This document shows positions 14,267 through 22,491 of a stretch of 32,000 bases of DNA, in pieces. How positions within the stretch are numbered: position 1 is the stretch's first letter; the number at the start of each line of letters is the position of its first letter. Made by a program: the position numbers and the translations under genes. Under the pieces are notes generated by a model, which ran no database searches, was not told the DNA's origin, and worked only from the letters and a program-made list of their open reading frames with translations. Source of the stretch: an uncultured beta proteobacterium (lineage in GTDB: Bacteria; Pseudomonadota; Gammaproteobacteria; Burkholderiales; Burkholderiaceae_C); assembly GCA_903909815.1 (NCBI GenBank), contig CAIVXG010000223.1, positions 3,488-35,487 on the forward strand, read 5' to 3'.

Positions 14267-15697
14267 TTATTCAGCTGCTTTTCTTTTTACAGTAGTTGGT
14301 ATTTTTTTCTTAGCAGTCTTTAGTTTCGGCATATAAGCCTGCTCGATCACGCTACCAGCCGAAATCAGTCTGCGTGTTTCATAGTTTCGTAGCTGCTCAA
14401 TTGCCTTAACAGCGTCAAGATGGCTGTAATGTTTTTCAATCATCACTACGCTAGTTCCCATCTGCTTCGCAAGCGTGTGTATTGCTACTTTATCGTGTGT
14501 CAGTGCCAGCGTTGCATACGTGTGTCGCAAGCTGTAAAAAACACGATCTTTACCAGTTTTAGGATCAACTAACAAGCTGTGCTCATCCAAAAAGCTTTCA
14601 AATAGGTTTTGAAAACTTGTTGGCTTGATTTTCGCTTTAGTTCTAAAAACATAGTCCTTATTAGACGCAACATTAATGCCGCTGAATGGATCGGTAAAGT
14701 TTCCTTCAACTCCGTAGTTTCGCTTAATTATTCTCGTCAGTGCCTTAACAGTCGGATTCATTCCGACAATAGTTCTTGCTCCAGTTTTTCCACTAACATC
14801 CAGCGTGCAGCTTCTGTTAAGCTCTGTTTTAACATACTCGGTCGGTTGTTGATCCGATGGTTCTTCGTTGAAATATTTTCCGGTGCTTATTTCTTCTGGT
14901 CTCATTGCATACTTTACTTGCGTCCATTTCAAGTCTAGTAGCTCTTTTCCCGGTCTTGCACCCGTATCTAGTAAAACCTCAACATAGTCCTTTAGCAATG
15001 CTCGTAATTCTTTGCTAGCATCATTACGCCCACGATCTATCCAGTTTTTAAACATTTCCAGCATTACGTGTATTTCAAACAACTCAAACGCTGGCCTTCT
15101 TACACTTTTCTTCCCACTGTTTTCTAGTTTAGGAATTTGTGAATCAGTTAAAAACCCACGTTTCCTGCCTTCGTCAAACACCTGCTTTAACGCAGCGTTG
15201 TGATTCAATATCGTGCTGTGTGTAGCAGTGGTCGTCTTGATCGCGGTGCTGTTCGGATATTTGGCCTTGCGCAGTTCGACTATTTTTGCGTCGCGCCAAG
15301 TGTCAAACTGCACAAGCAAGCCGTGGGTGATGCTTGTAATGCTGTGACTTCCAAAAAATGGAATAAAGTAGTTTGTGATCGCTGCTTTATAGTCCGTAAA
15401 CGCAGCCTTACCACGTCCGGCTGCAATTTCTTGGTCCATAGTTTGTATGGCCAGTGCTGCAACGTGCCGAAATTTGCGGGTGATGATCGGCAAGTTGTCG
15501 CGCTTGCGTATCTCGGCCGTAATCATCAACTCGTTCGCTATCGCTTTGGCTTTTTTTAGCTCGTGCTGCTTTGTCGTTGTCCGCTGCCAAAGCGTGTCCA
15601 CTTTGTAGCGACACTGCCAAATGTTGCTGTTTTCACGCCGATACAGAACAAGCTTGTTGTCCAAAAGCACGTGTGTCGTTGCAAGTTTTGCCGGCAT
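14267..15697 (-). CDS. int: Tyrosine-type site-specific integrase (476 aa from ATG 15697; GTG at 15703 also possible)
   Basis: LLDTGARPGKELLDL (Arg I), YSLRHTYATLAL (H-x-x-R), VVMIEKHYSHL (Tyr nucleophile). Lies next to and co-oriented with tRNA-Lys. Confidence 0.9.
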   Translation of the reverse strand: MPAKLATTHVLLDNKLVLYRRENSNIWQCRYKVDTLWQRTTTKQHELKKAKAIANELMITAEIRKRDNLPIITRKFRHVAALAIQTMDQEIAAGRGKAAFTDYKAAITNYFIPFFGSHSITSITHGLLVQFDTWRDAKIVELRKAKYPNSTAIKTTTATHSTILNHNAALKQVFDEGRKRGFLTDSQIPKLENSGKKSVRRPAFELFEIHVMLEMFKNWIDRGRNDASKELRALLKDYVEVLLDTGARPGKELLDLKWTQVKYAMRPEEISTGKYFNEEPSDQQPTEYVKTELNRSCTLDVSGKTGARTIVGMNPTVKALTRIIKRNYGVEGNFTDPFSGINVASNKDYVFRTKAKIKPTSFQNLFESFLDEHSLLVDPKTGKDRVFYSLRHTYATLALTHDKVAIHTLAKQMGTSVVMIEKHYSHLDAVKAIEQLRNYETRRLISAGSVIEQAYMPKLKTAKKKIPTTVKRKAAE

Positions 15698-15753
15698 TCG
15701 CACAATGTAAGCTCAATTGCAAGATGCTGCAATCTCTGTGCAAGCGGTGTGCA

Positions 15754-15786
15754 AACAAAAAAAGCAAGCACTTGTTAGTGCCTGCT
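15754..15786 (-). terminator. Island-borne terminator downstream of the reconstituted tRNA-Lys
   Basis: On the minus strand, stem agcaggcac / gtgcttgct (one G:U pair) with a 6-nt loop, followed by TTTTTTTGTTT. Confidence 0.5.
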
Positions 15787-15820
15787 TTCCTTGTAAGCGT
15801 TGCTACGCTTGCTTATGGGG

Positions 15821-15896
15821 TGGTGGGTCCTGACAGATTCGAACTGTCGACCTACGGATTAAGAGTCCGCTGCTCTACCAACTGAGCTAAGAACCC
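15821..15896 (-). tRNA. tRNA-Lys, anticodon CUU, CCA encoded (76 nt)
   Basis: The reverse complement reads GGGTTCTTAGCTCAGTTGGTAGAGCAGCGGACTCTTAATCCGTAGGTCGACAGTTCGAATCTGTCAGGACCCACCA. It folds with a 7-bp acceptor stem, D arm, anticodon stem GCGGA/TCCGT with loop CT-CTT-AA, and T arm GACAG/CTGTC with loop TTCGAAT. Confidence 0.9.
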
Positions 15897-15906
15897 ACAG
15901 AGCCGA

Positions 15907-15912
15907 ATTATA
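15907..15912 (-). promoter_or_regulatory. Candidate -10 box (TATAAT) of the tRNA-Lys promoter
   Basis: The minus strand reads TATAAT followed by 10 nt and then the mature tRNA 5' end. The -35 is weak (TGATCA-like) and overlaps the hxlR-like stop codon. Confidence 0.35.
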
Positions 15913-15933
15913 TATCGAGCCGATGCGGGCTGA

Positions 15934-16251
15934 TCAGCCCGGCGGTTTTTTTTTGGCCTGATTGGCTTCCCATTTGATGGCGAAGGGGCCGATCTCCTGC
16001 ATGCGCTTGACGAGGTCGGTCCCTTGGGATGTCAAGGTATAGCCGGTGCTTCCGTGGGTGACGAGCAAGGCGGTGCGCAATTCCTTGAGACGCGTGTTCA
16101 GGGTGTTGGGGGTGATGCTGCCAACGCTGTCTTGCAGCAGCCGAAAAGTCTGTGGATGTCCGTCTTTCAGAGCCCACAAGACACGGATAGCGTAACGCGA
16201 TTCCAGCAGGGCCAACAACTGATTGATAGCCGCCTGATCTTTTGAACTCAT
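15934..16251 (-). CDS. HxlR-family winged-helix transcriptional regulator (105 aa)
   Basis: LLESRYAIRVLWALKDGHPQTFRLLQDSVGSITPNTLNTRLKELRTALLV is the typical HxlR-type wHTH pattern, and the size fits. Confidence 0.8.
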   Translation of the reverse strand: MSSKDQAAINQLLALLESRYAIRVLWALKDGHPQTFRLLQDSVGSITPNTLNTRLKELRTALLVTHGSTGYTLTSQGTDLVKRMQEIGPFAIKWEANQAKKKPPG

Positions 16252-16418
16252 GGGAACGAACTCCTGGATGCCTCGTTGGCGGCCGGGTAGGAAGCGCTAC
16301 CTGAGCCTGTTTTTTGCTGTCGAATATAGCGCAGTTTCGCCGCTGCTACGACTTTTATAGCTGAGCCTTGGGCTTGCCTTGGGGACCACGACGATTCAAG
16401 AAGTCTGATTCTTTCAGT

Positions 16419-17528
16419 TTATCGGTGGTCCCGAAGGCCGCGTGCGGCCTGCAGCACGAGCTTTGGGCCCTGGTAGATCAGTCCGGTGTAGATCTGCACC
16501 ACATCGGCCCCCGCGCGAACCTTCTCCAGCGCGTCCTGCGCACTCATGATGCCACCCACGCCGATGATGGGAAACCCCGCGCCCAGCGCCGCTCGCAGCT
16601 GGCGTATGACGCGGTTGCTGGCCTCGCGCACGGGTGCGCCCGACAGGCCACCGGCTTCTTCCGCGTGGGGCAAGCCCTGCACCGCTGCGCGCGACAAAGT
16701 GGTGTTGGTTGCGACCACGCCCCAGAGCTGGTTCGGTTGTCCCGCAGCGTCGAGTCCGTAGCGTTTCAGGGTCGCGGCAATGACCTCGACCTGACCCTGG
16801 TCCAGGTCCGGCGCGATCTTGACAAAGATGGGCACGCGCCGCGGCACCAGGCCGCCCAAGGCATCGCGCTTGCCATGCAGCTGCGCCAAGTGCTGGCGTC
16901 TTTGGTCGATGGCGCCGATCAGTGCATCGAGCGCGGCGTCGCCTTGCAGTTCGCGCAGGTTCTTGGTGTTGGGGCTGGAGATGTTGACGGTGACGTAGTC
17001 GGCATACGCATACACGCCGTCCAGGCAGGCCAGATAATCGTCGATGGCGCGCTCGATCGGCGTGGCGGCGTTCTTGCCGATGTTCAGTCCGAGCAGCATG
17101 GGCTGCGCCGGATTCTTCTTGCGAAAGCGGGCGGTCTGCACGTTGGCGATGAACGCATCCAGGCCCTCGTTGTTGAATCCCAATCGGTTGATCAGCGCCT
17201 GCGCCTGCGGCAGGCGAAACATGCGTGGCTTCGGGTTGCCGCTTTGTGCCTTGGGTGTGACCGTTCCCACCTCCACAAAGCCAAATCCCATGGCGGCGAA
17301 GGCGTCGATGCAATGCGCGTTCTTGTCCAGACCGGCCGCCAGGCCGACGCGGTTCGGAAAATTTAGACCGGCGAGTTGCACCGGATCGTGCACGCGCTCC
17401 TGACAAAATGCCCATTCCAGCGCCGTGCCTTGGGCGCGCTGCAAGGAGGCAAGTGTGAGTTCGTGCGTGGTCTCGGGGTCGAGTCCGAACAGGAAGGGTC
17501 GGGCCAGGGCGTAGGGCAGCAAAGACAT
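16419..17528 (-). CDS. pyrD: Dihydroorotate dehydrogenase (quinone), class 2
   Basis: From ATG 17528: [26 protein letters not shown]...[14 protein letters not shown]...[12 protein letters not shown]...NISSPNT...GVGGI. The ORF track start at 17582 adds 18 non-conserved residues. Confidence 0.9.
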   Translation of the reverse strand: MSLLPYALARPFLFGLDPETTHELTLASLQRAQGTALEWAFCQERVHDPVQLAGLNFPNRVGLAAGLDKNAHCIDAFAAMGFGFVEVGTVTPKAQSGNPKPRMFRLPQAQALINRLGFNNEGLDAFIANVQTARFRKKNPAQPMLLGLNIGKNAATPIERAIDDYLACLDGVYAYADYVTVNISSPNTKNLRELQGDAALDALIGAIDQRRQHLAQLHGKRDALGGLVPRRVPIFVKIAPDLDQGQVEVIAATLKRYGLDAAGQPNQLWGVVATNTTLSRAAVQGLPHAEEAGGLSGAPVREASNRVIRQLRAALGAGFPIIGVGGIMSAQDALEKVRAGADVVQIYTGLIYQGPKLVLQAARGLRDHR

Positions 17529-17573
17529 TGGATAATTCCGTGATAACTCCATGGATTGTCCCAGATGAAAAGC

Positions 17574-18245
17574 ATGACTCAAGACGAACTCAAAACCCTG
17601 GTCGGTCAGGCCGCGCTGCAGTATGTGGTGCCCGGAGAAATTGTGGGCGTGGGCACGGGCTCAACCGTGAACAAGTTCATCGATGCGCTGGCCACGATCA
17701 AACACAGCATCGTGGGCGCAGTCTCCAGTTCCACTGCCTCCACGGCGCGCCTGCAGGCGCTGGGCATTCCCGTGTTCGACGCGAACGAGGTGGGCGAACT
17801 GGCCGTGTACATTGACGGCGCGGACGAGATCGATGGCCGTGGCTACATGATCAAGGGCGGAGGCGCGGCACTCACGCGCGAAAAGATCGTGGCGGCTCAG
17901 TCGCGGCAATTTGTCTGTATTGCGGACGAGTCCAAGCTGGTTCAGACACTGGGTGCTTTTGCGCTACCGGTGGAAGTGATACCCATGGCCACGCAGCGCC
18001 TGATGCGTCAGTTTGCAGCAATGGGCGGAGTCGCCAGCGTGCGCATGAAGGACGGCGCGCCGTTGGTCACCGACAACGGTCAGCACCTGTTGGATGTGAC
18101 GGGTCTGTGCATCAGCGAACCGCTGGCGTTCGAGAGCCAGGTGAACCAGTGGCCGGGCGTGGTGACGGTGGGTGTGTTTGCCCATCAAAAGGCCCAGGTC
18201 TGTCTGCTGGGAACGGCCAGCGGCGTCAGGGTGATCGCCTACTAG
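17574..18245 (+). CDS. rpiA: Ribose-5-phosphate isomerase A
   Basis: [18 protein letters not shown]...[15 protein letters not shown]...YIDGADEID...[14 protein letters not shown] is collinear with E. coli RpiA, which also starts MTQDELK. An alternative ATG lies at 17565. Confidence 0.9.
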   Translation: MTQDELKTLVGQAALQYVVPGEIVGVGTGSTVNKFIDALATIKHSIVGAVSSSTASTARLQALGIPVFDANEVGELAVYIDGADEIDGRGYMIKGGGAALTREKIVAAQSRQFVCIADESKLVQTLGAFALPVEVIPMATQRLMRQFAAMGGVASVRMKDGAPLVTDNGQHLLDVTGLCISEPLAFESQVNQWPGVVTVGVFAHQKAQVCLLGTASGVRVIAY

Positions 18246-18883
18246 AACTGGATGCCGGCGGGGTTGCTGGGATTGGGGCCCGGCGGTGGCGGTGTGGGCA
18301 CCGATGCGGGGTCGGGCACCGGGGTCTGATCCTGCGGCTTGGAAGTCCCTGAGCTCAATGGCGTTGCCGGTGCATTGCGGTAGTTGGGTGGCAACTGTGA
18401 GTTCGCTGGGTAGTCGGCGATGCTTAGGTATTGATTCCAATTGATTTCGGAATACCCTCTGAGGTGCTGGCCTCCGATCGTCAGAAGCGGTAGTCCGGTA
18501 TCTCCAGAGAGGCGCTGTAGGGCATTGATATCCGCTTGGGTGGAAATGGTTTTTTCTGTGAAAGGAATGCCCCTACCCAGAAGCAGCGATCGCCCGGCGC
18601 TGCACGGCTCGCCGCAACTTGTTCCCGTGTACAGCGTCACGGGAAATGCCATCGCCACCTGGCGCAGCAGGTACGGCAGTGCGGCGAAGTTGTCGTCGGC
18701 ACTGTTGATGCCACCGACGGCGGCGTTTCGGCCGCGGGTTGCAGCGGCCACCGGCGCTGTGTCCGAGTAGGTGACACGGCCGTTGGAGTCGACGCTGCGA
18801 AAAATGGATTGTGCCCAGCCGGCGCTGGTCGTCATCAGCAGCGATGCCGTGAATGCCATAAGATGGCTGGGCGTGAGCTTCAT
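18242..18883 (-). CDS. Secreted DUF4124-like / glutaredoxin-fold protein with a Pro-rich C-terminal tail (213 aa)
   Basis: Signal peptide [33 protein letters not shown] motif. [30 protein letters not shown] resembles a glutaredoxin-like fold with a C-x3-C motif. Confidence 0.6.
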   Translation of the reverse strand: MKLTPSHLMAFTASLLMTTSAGWAQSIFRSVDSNGRVTYSDTAPVAAATRGRNAAVGGINSADDNFAALPYLLRQVAMAFPVTLYTGTSCGEPCSAGRSLLLGRGIPFTEKTISTQADINALQRLSGDTGLPLLTIGGQHLRGYSEINWNQYLSIADYPANSQLPPNYRNAPATPLSSGTSKPQDQTPVPDPASVPTPPPPGPNPSNPAGIQF

Positions 18884-18912
18884 GTGTACTCCTTAGACCT
18901 CACTCAAGTGCA

Positions 18913-20943
18913 TCAGGCCATGCCCTGATGGCGCAACAAGGCGTCCAGACTGGGCTCGCGGCCACGAAAGGCTTTGAACGACTCCATCGCGGGGCGAGCG
19001 CCGCCCGATTCAAGGATGGTCTGCCGGTATTTTCGACCTGTTTCCAGGCTGGCAAGTCCATCGTTGCCGCGAGTTTCCTCAAACGCTGCATAAGCGTCGG
19101 CGCTCAGCACCTCGGCCCACTTGTAGCTGTAATAGCCTGCAGCATAACCGCCGGCAAAAATGTGGCTGAAAGTATGCGCGCTGCGGTTCCAAGACGGCGC
19201 CGGCAACACCGCAACCTCGGCCCGCACCTGGTCCAGCAGCACCATCAAGTCCTGCGCCGGATCGTGCTCGGTGTGAAGCAGCATGTCGAACAGCGAGAAT
19301 TCCACCTGGCGCAAGGTTTGCAGTCCGCTTTGGAAATTCTTCGCGGCCAGCATCTTGTCGAACAGTTCGCGCGCAAGCGGCAGGCCCGTGTCCACGTGTG
19401 CGCTCATGTGCTGCACCACGTCCCACTCCCAGCAGAAGTTCTCCATGAACTGGCTGGGCAATTCCACCGCGTCCCATTCGACGCCGCTGATGCCCGATAC
19501 GTCGCGCTCGTTCACTTGCGTGAGCAGATGCTGCAGTCCGTGGCCGAACTCGTGGAACAGCGTGATCACGTCGTCGTGCGTGAGCAGCGCGGGCTTGCCG
19601 TCCACGCCCGCGGCAAAGTTGCACACCAGATGCGCCACGGGCGTTTGCAGCGCGCCGTTGTCCGGGCGCAACCAGCGCGCGCGCACGTCGTCCATCCAGG
19701 CACCGCCGCGCTTGCCATGACGCGCCGCAGGGTCCAGGTAGAACTGGCCCACCATAGCGCCGCTGCGCTCGATCCGATAAAAGCTCACACCCGGTTCCCA
19801 AAGCGGCGCGCGGTCCGGCACGATCGTGACCTCGAACAAGGTCTCCACGATCTTGAACAGACCGGCCAGCACTTTGGGTGCAGGAAAGTATTGCTTGACT
19901 TCCTGCTCGCTGAAGGCGTAGCGCGCTTCCTTGAGTTTTTCGCCAATGTAAGACCAGTCCCAGGCCTGCGGCTCGGACAGGCTCAAATGTTCCTTGGCGA
20001 AGGCGCGCAGATCGGCCAGGTCCTTGAGCGCATAGGGTCGGGCCTTATGTGCCAGGTCGCGCAAGAACGCGATCACCTGCGCTGGCGAACTCGCCATCTT
20101 GGGCACCAGCGAGACTTCCCCAAAGCTGGCGTAGCCGAGCAACTTCGCTTCTTCCTGACGCAGCGCCAGGGTCTCACGGATGATGGCGCTGTTGTCAAAC
20201 TTCTGCACATCCGCAGCGGCTTGATCGGAGGCGCGTGTGACATAGGCCCGGTACAGCATTTCGCGCAGCGCGCTGCTGTGCGCAAACTGCATCACCGGAA
20301 GATAGCAGGGCATCTTCAGCGTGAGCTTGTAGCCGGTTTGGCCTTCGGCCTGGGCTGCGGCCAGCGCCGTGTGCAACACGTCGTCTGGAATGCCGCTCAC
20401 TTCGTCGACGCCGGCGTAGTAGGCAAAGGCATCGGTGGCGTCGAGCGCGTTCTCACTGAACTTTTGCGACAGCTCGGCTTGGCGTTCCTGCAGTTGCGCA
20501 AATCGCTCCTTGGCCGCGCCCGTGAGATCGGCTCCGCCCAACACAAAGTTGCGCACAGCGTTGTGGTGCGCCTGGGTTTGCTCGGCGTTCAGGCTGGCCG
20601 GGTCCATGGCCTTGTATTTGGCATAGAGGCGCTCGTCCGCGCCCAGGCGTGTGAAGAACTCGGTCACCTTGGGCAGGGCCTCGTTGTAGGCCGCGCGCAA
20701 TGGCGGCGTGTCGGCCACGGCGTTGAGGTGGCTCACGGCACCCCAGGCGCGACCCAGTTTCTCCGTGGCGATGTCGAGTACCTTGGCCATGGCCTGCCAC
20801 TGAGCCGGGAAGTCGGCTTGCGTGGCCTGCGTCAGCGCGCGGTCGGCCTGCGCCAACAGGGCGTCAACGGCCGGCACCACATGCTCGGGCGTCACCTGGT
20901 CAAACAGGGGCAGGTCGGAAAAATCGAGCAAGGGATTGTTCAT
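18913..20943 (-). CDS. prlC: Oligopeptidase A (M3 family zinc metallopeptidase), 676 aa
   Basis: From ATG 20943: [17 protein letters not shown]...; HEFGHGLQH zinc motif. Length and collinearity fit PrlC. The upstream 144 codons in the ORF track overlap folD and are Arg-rich junk. Confidence 0.9.
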   Translation of the reverse strand: MNNPLLDFSDLPLFDQVTPEHVVPAVDALLAQADRALTQATQADFPAQWQAMAKVLDIATEKLGRAWGAVSHLNAVADTPPLRAAYNEALPKVTEFFTRLGADERLYAKYKAMDPASLNAEQTQAHHNAVRNFVLGGADLTGAAKERFAQLQERQAELSQKFSENALDATDAFAYYAGVDEVSGIPDDVLHTALAAAQAEGQTGYKLTLKMPCYLPVMQFAHSSALREMLYRAYVTRASDQAAADVQKFDNSAIIRETLALRQEEAKLLGYASFGEVSLVPKMASSPAQVIAFLRDLAHKARPYALKDLADLRAFAKEHLSLSEPQAWDWSYIGEKLKEARYAFSEQEVKQYFPAPKVLAGLFKIVETLFEVTIVPDRAPLWEPGVSFYRIERSGAMVGQFYLDPAARHGKRGGAWMDDVRARWLRPDNGALQTPVAHLVCNFAAGVDGKPALLTHDDVITLFHEFGHGLQHLLTQVNERDVSGISGVEWDAVELPSQFMENFCWEWDVVQHMSAHVDTGLPLARELFDKMLAAKNFQSGLQTLRQVEFSLFDMLLHTEHDPAQDLMVLLDQVRAEVAVLPAPSWNRSAHTFSHIFAGGYAAGYYSYKWAEVLSADAYAAFEETRGNDGLASLETGRKYRQTILESGGARPAMESFKAFRGREPSLDALLRHQGMA

Positions 20944-21791
20944 GATTTGGCGCGCTCGGCCGCCTCCAGGGTGTTGACCAGCAGCATCGTGATGGTCATG
21001 GGTCCCACGCCGCCCGGCACCGGGGTGATGTAGCCCGCCACTTGCTTCACGCCGGCGAAGTCCACGTCGCCGCAGAGCTTGCCTTCGTCGTTGCGGTTCA
21101 TCCCCACATCGAGCACGACTGCGCCGGGCTTGACCATGTCGCCTGTGAGCACGTTGCGTTTGCCCACGGCGGCCACGATCACGTCGGCCAGCAAGGTGTG
21201 GGCTTTCAGGTCGCGCGTGCCGCTGTGGCACACGGTGACGGTGGCGTTCTTTTGCAGCAGCATCAGCGCCATCGGTTTGCCCACGATGTTGCTGCGCCCG
21301 ATCACCACGGCATGCTTGCCGCGCAGATCGCAGCCGATGGATTCGAGCATCTTCATGCAGCCATAGGGCGTGCACGGCAAAAATCCGGGCGCGCCGGTCA
21401 TCAAGGCCCCCGCGCTGGCGATGTGGAAACCGTCCACGTCCTTGGCGGGCGAGATCGCCGCGATCACTTTTTGGGCGTCGATGTGCGCGGGCACAGGCAA
21501 CTGCACCAGGATTCCGTGGATGGCGTCATCGACGTTCAGGGCGGCGATGCGCTGCAGCAGTTCAGCCTCGCCCAAAGTGGCCGGATAGTGCTCCAGCACC
21601 GAGTGCAGGCCCGCATCTGCGCAGGCCTTGACCTTGTTGCGCACGTAGACCTGGCTGGCCGGGTTTTCGCCCACCTGAATCACGGCCAGTCCGGGCGTGA
21701 TGCCACGCTCCTTGAGGGCGGCGGTGCGCTGGGCGACCTGTGCGCGAAGTTCGCGCGAGAGTGCGTTTCCGTCGATGAGTTGTGCGGTCAT
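20940..21791 (-). CDS. folD: Bifunctional methylenetetrahydrofolate dehydrogenase/cyclohydrolase
   Basis: [12 protein letters not shown]...[20 protein letters not shown]...LVQLPVP...[14 protein letters not shown]...[10 protein letters not shown]. The stop overlaps the prlC start as ATGA (20940-20943). Confidence 0.9.
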   Translation of the reverse strand: MTAQLIDGNALSRELRAQVAQRTAALKERGITPGLAVIQVGENPASQVYVRNKVKACADAGLHSVLEHYPATLGEAELLQRIAALNVDDAIHGILVQLPVPAHIDAQKVIAAISPAKDVDGFHIASAGALMTGAPGFLPCTPYGCMKMLESIGCDLRGKHAVVIGRSNIVGKPMALMLLQKNATVTVCHSGTRDLKAHTLLADVIVAAVGKRNVLTGDMVKPGAVVLDVGMNRNDEGKLCGDVDFAGVKQVAGYITPVPGGVGPMTITMLLVNTLEAAERAKS

Positions 21792-21807
21792 GATGTTGCA
21801 GTTCAAG

Positions 21808-21839
21808 AAAAAAAGCCCGCGAGTCCTGGGACCACGGGC
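21808..21839 (-). terminator. Candidate intrinsic terminator after the response-regulator gene
   Basis: On the minus strand GCCCG..GGTCC / GGAC..CGGGC forms an imperfect hairpin followed by TTTTTTT (plus-strand A-run 21808-21814). It ends only about 17 nt upstream of the folD start. Confidence 0.45.
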
Positions 21840-21864
21840 GACAAAAAAACAGTGCGGCTCGGGT

Positions 21865-22491
21865 TCAGGGCTTGGTCGCGTTCTGGCTCAGGGCAATCTT
21901 CAGCAGATCCGCCACGGTATTGGCGTTGAGCTTTTCCATGATGTTGGCGCGATGCGCCTCCACCGTCTTGATGCTGATGCCCAGATCGTCGGCGATCTGC
22001 TTGTTCAAGCGACCCGCCACGATGCGCTCGAGCACCTGAGCCTCGCGCGAGGTGAGCTTGGACAGCAGTGCGTCACGGCTCGCAGCCTGGACATGACCGG
22101 CAAAAGATTCGTGCGCGTGTTCCAGCATGCGCACCACCAAGCTCAGCAGTTCCTCTTCCTTGAACGGCTTTTGAATGAAGTCAACCGCGCCCTTCTTCAT
22201 TGCGTCCACTGCCATGGGCACATCGCCGTGGCCAGTGATGAAGACGATGGGCAGGGGTGATTTGCGCTCGATCAGGCGGTCCTGCAATTCCAGCCCGGTC
22301 ATTCCACCCATGCGGATGTCGGCGATCAGGCAAGCCACTTCGCGCGCATCCAGACGGCTTAAAAAAGCTTCGGCGGAATCAAAGCAGCGCACCCGGAAGT
22401 CCTTGCCTTCGAGCAGCCATTGCAGCGAATCGCGCACAGCCTCGTCGTCGTCCACCACATAAACCGTGCCCTTTTTGGGTGTGAAAGTCAT
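21865..22491 (-). CDS. FixJ/NarL-family response regulator (REC + LuxR-type HTH), 208 aa
   Basis: From ATG 22491: [14 protein letters not shown]...[15 protein letters not shown]...ITGHGDV...KPF, and the C-terminal [43 protein letters not shown]. Confidence 0.9.
   Translation of the reverse strand: MTFTPKKGTVYVVDDDEAVRDSLQWLLEGKDFRVRCFDSAEAFLSRLDAREVACLIADIRMGGMTGLELQDRLIERKSPLPIVFITGHGDVPMAVDAMKKGAVDFIQKPFKEEELLSLVVRMLEHAHESFAGHVQAASRDALLSKLTSREAQVLERIVAGRLNKQIADDLGISIKTVEAHRANIMEKLNANTVADLLKIALSQNATKP

Larger units (their letters stand above)
9603..15865. mobile_element. 6.26-kb AT-rich integrative genomic island in tRNA-Lys(CUU)
   Basis: Bounded by a 40-bp perfect direct repeat. An integrase gene lies next to the intact tRNA on the same strand. 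GC drops abruptly (sampled lines 25-47% vs about 68% in the flanks). No conjugation, capsid or replication genes recognised. Confidence 0.85.

Noticed and set aside
15927-15950. Palindrome gggctgatcagccc followed by a T9 run, which looks like a plus-strand terminator
   Set aside because: The T-run encodes the KKK of the hxlR-like C terminus on the minus strand, and the palindrome contains that gene's stop codon. No plus-strand gene ends upstream, because the neighbour is the minus-strand tRNA.
18928-21033. 701-aa plus-strand ORF antisense to prlC. Similar long antisense ORFs occur at 26193-27866 (opposite aceE), 29762-31315 (opposite lpdA), 16368-17415 (opposite pyrD), 1884-2615 and 4100-4981.
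   Set aside because: These are typical high-GC shadow ORFs. They are Arg/Ala/Gly/His-rich low-complexity translations with no motifs, and each lies opposite a gene with unmistakable conserved motifs.
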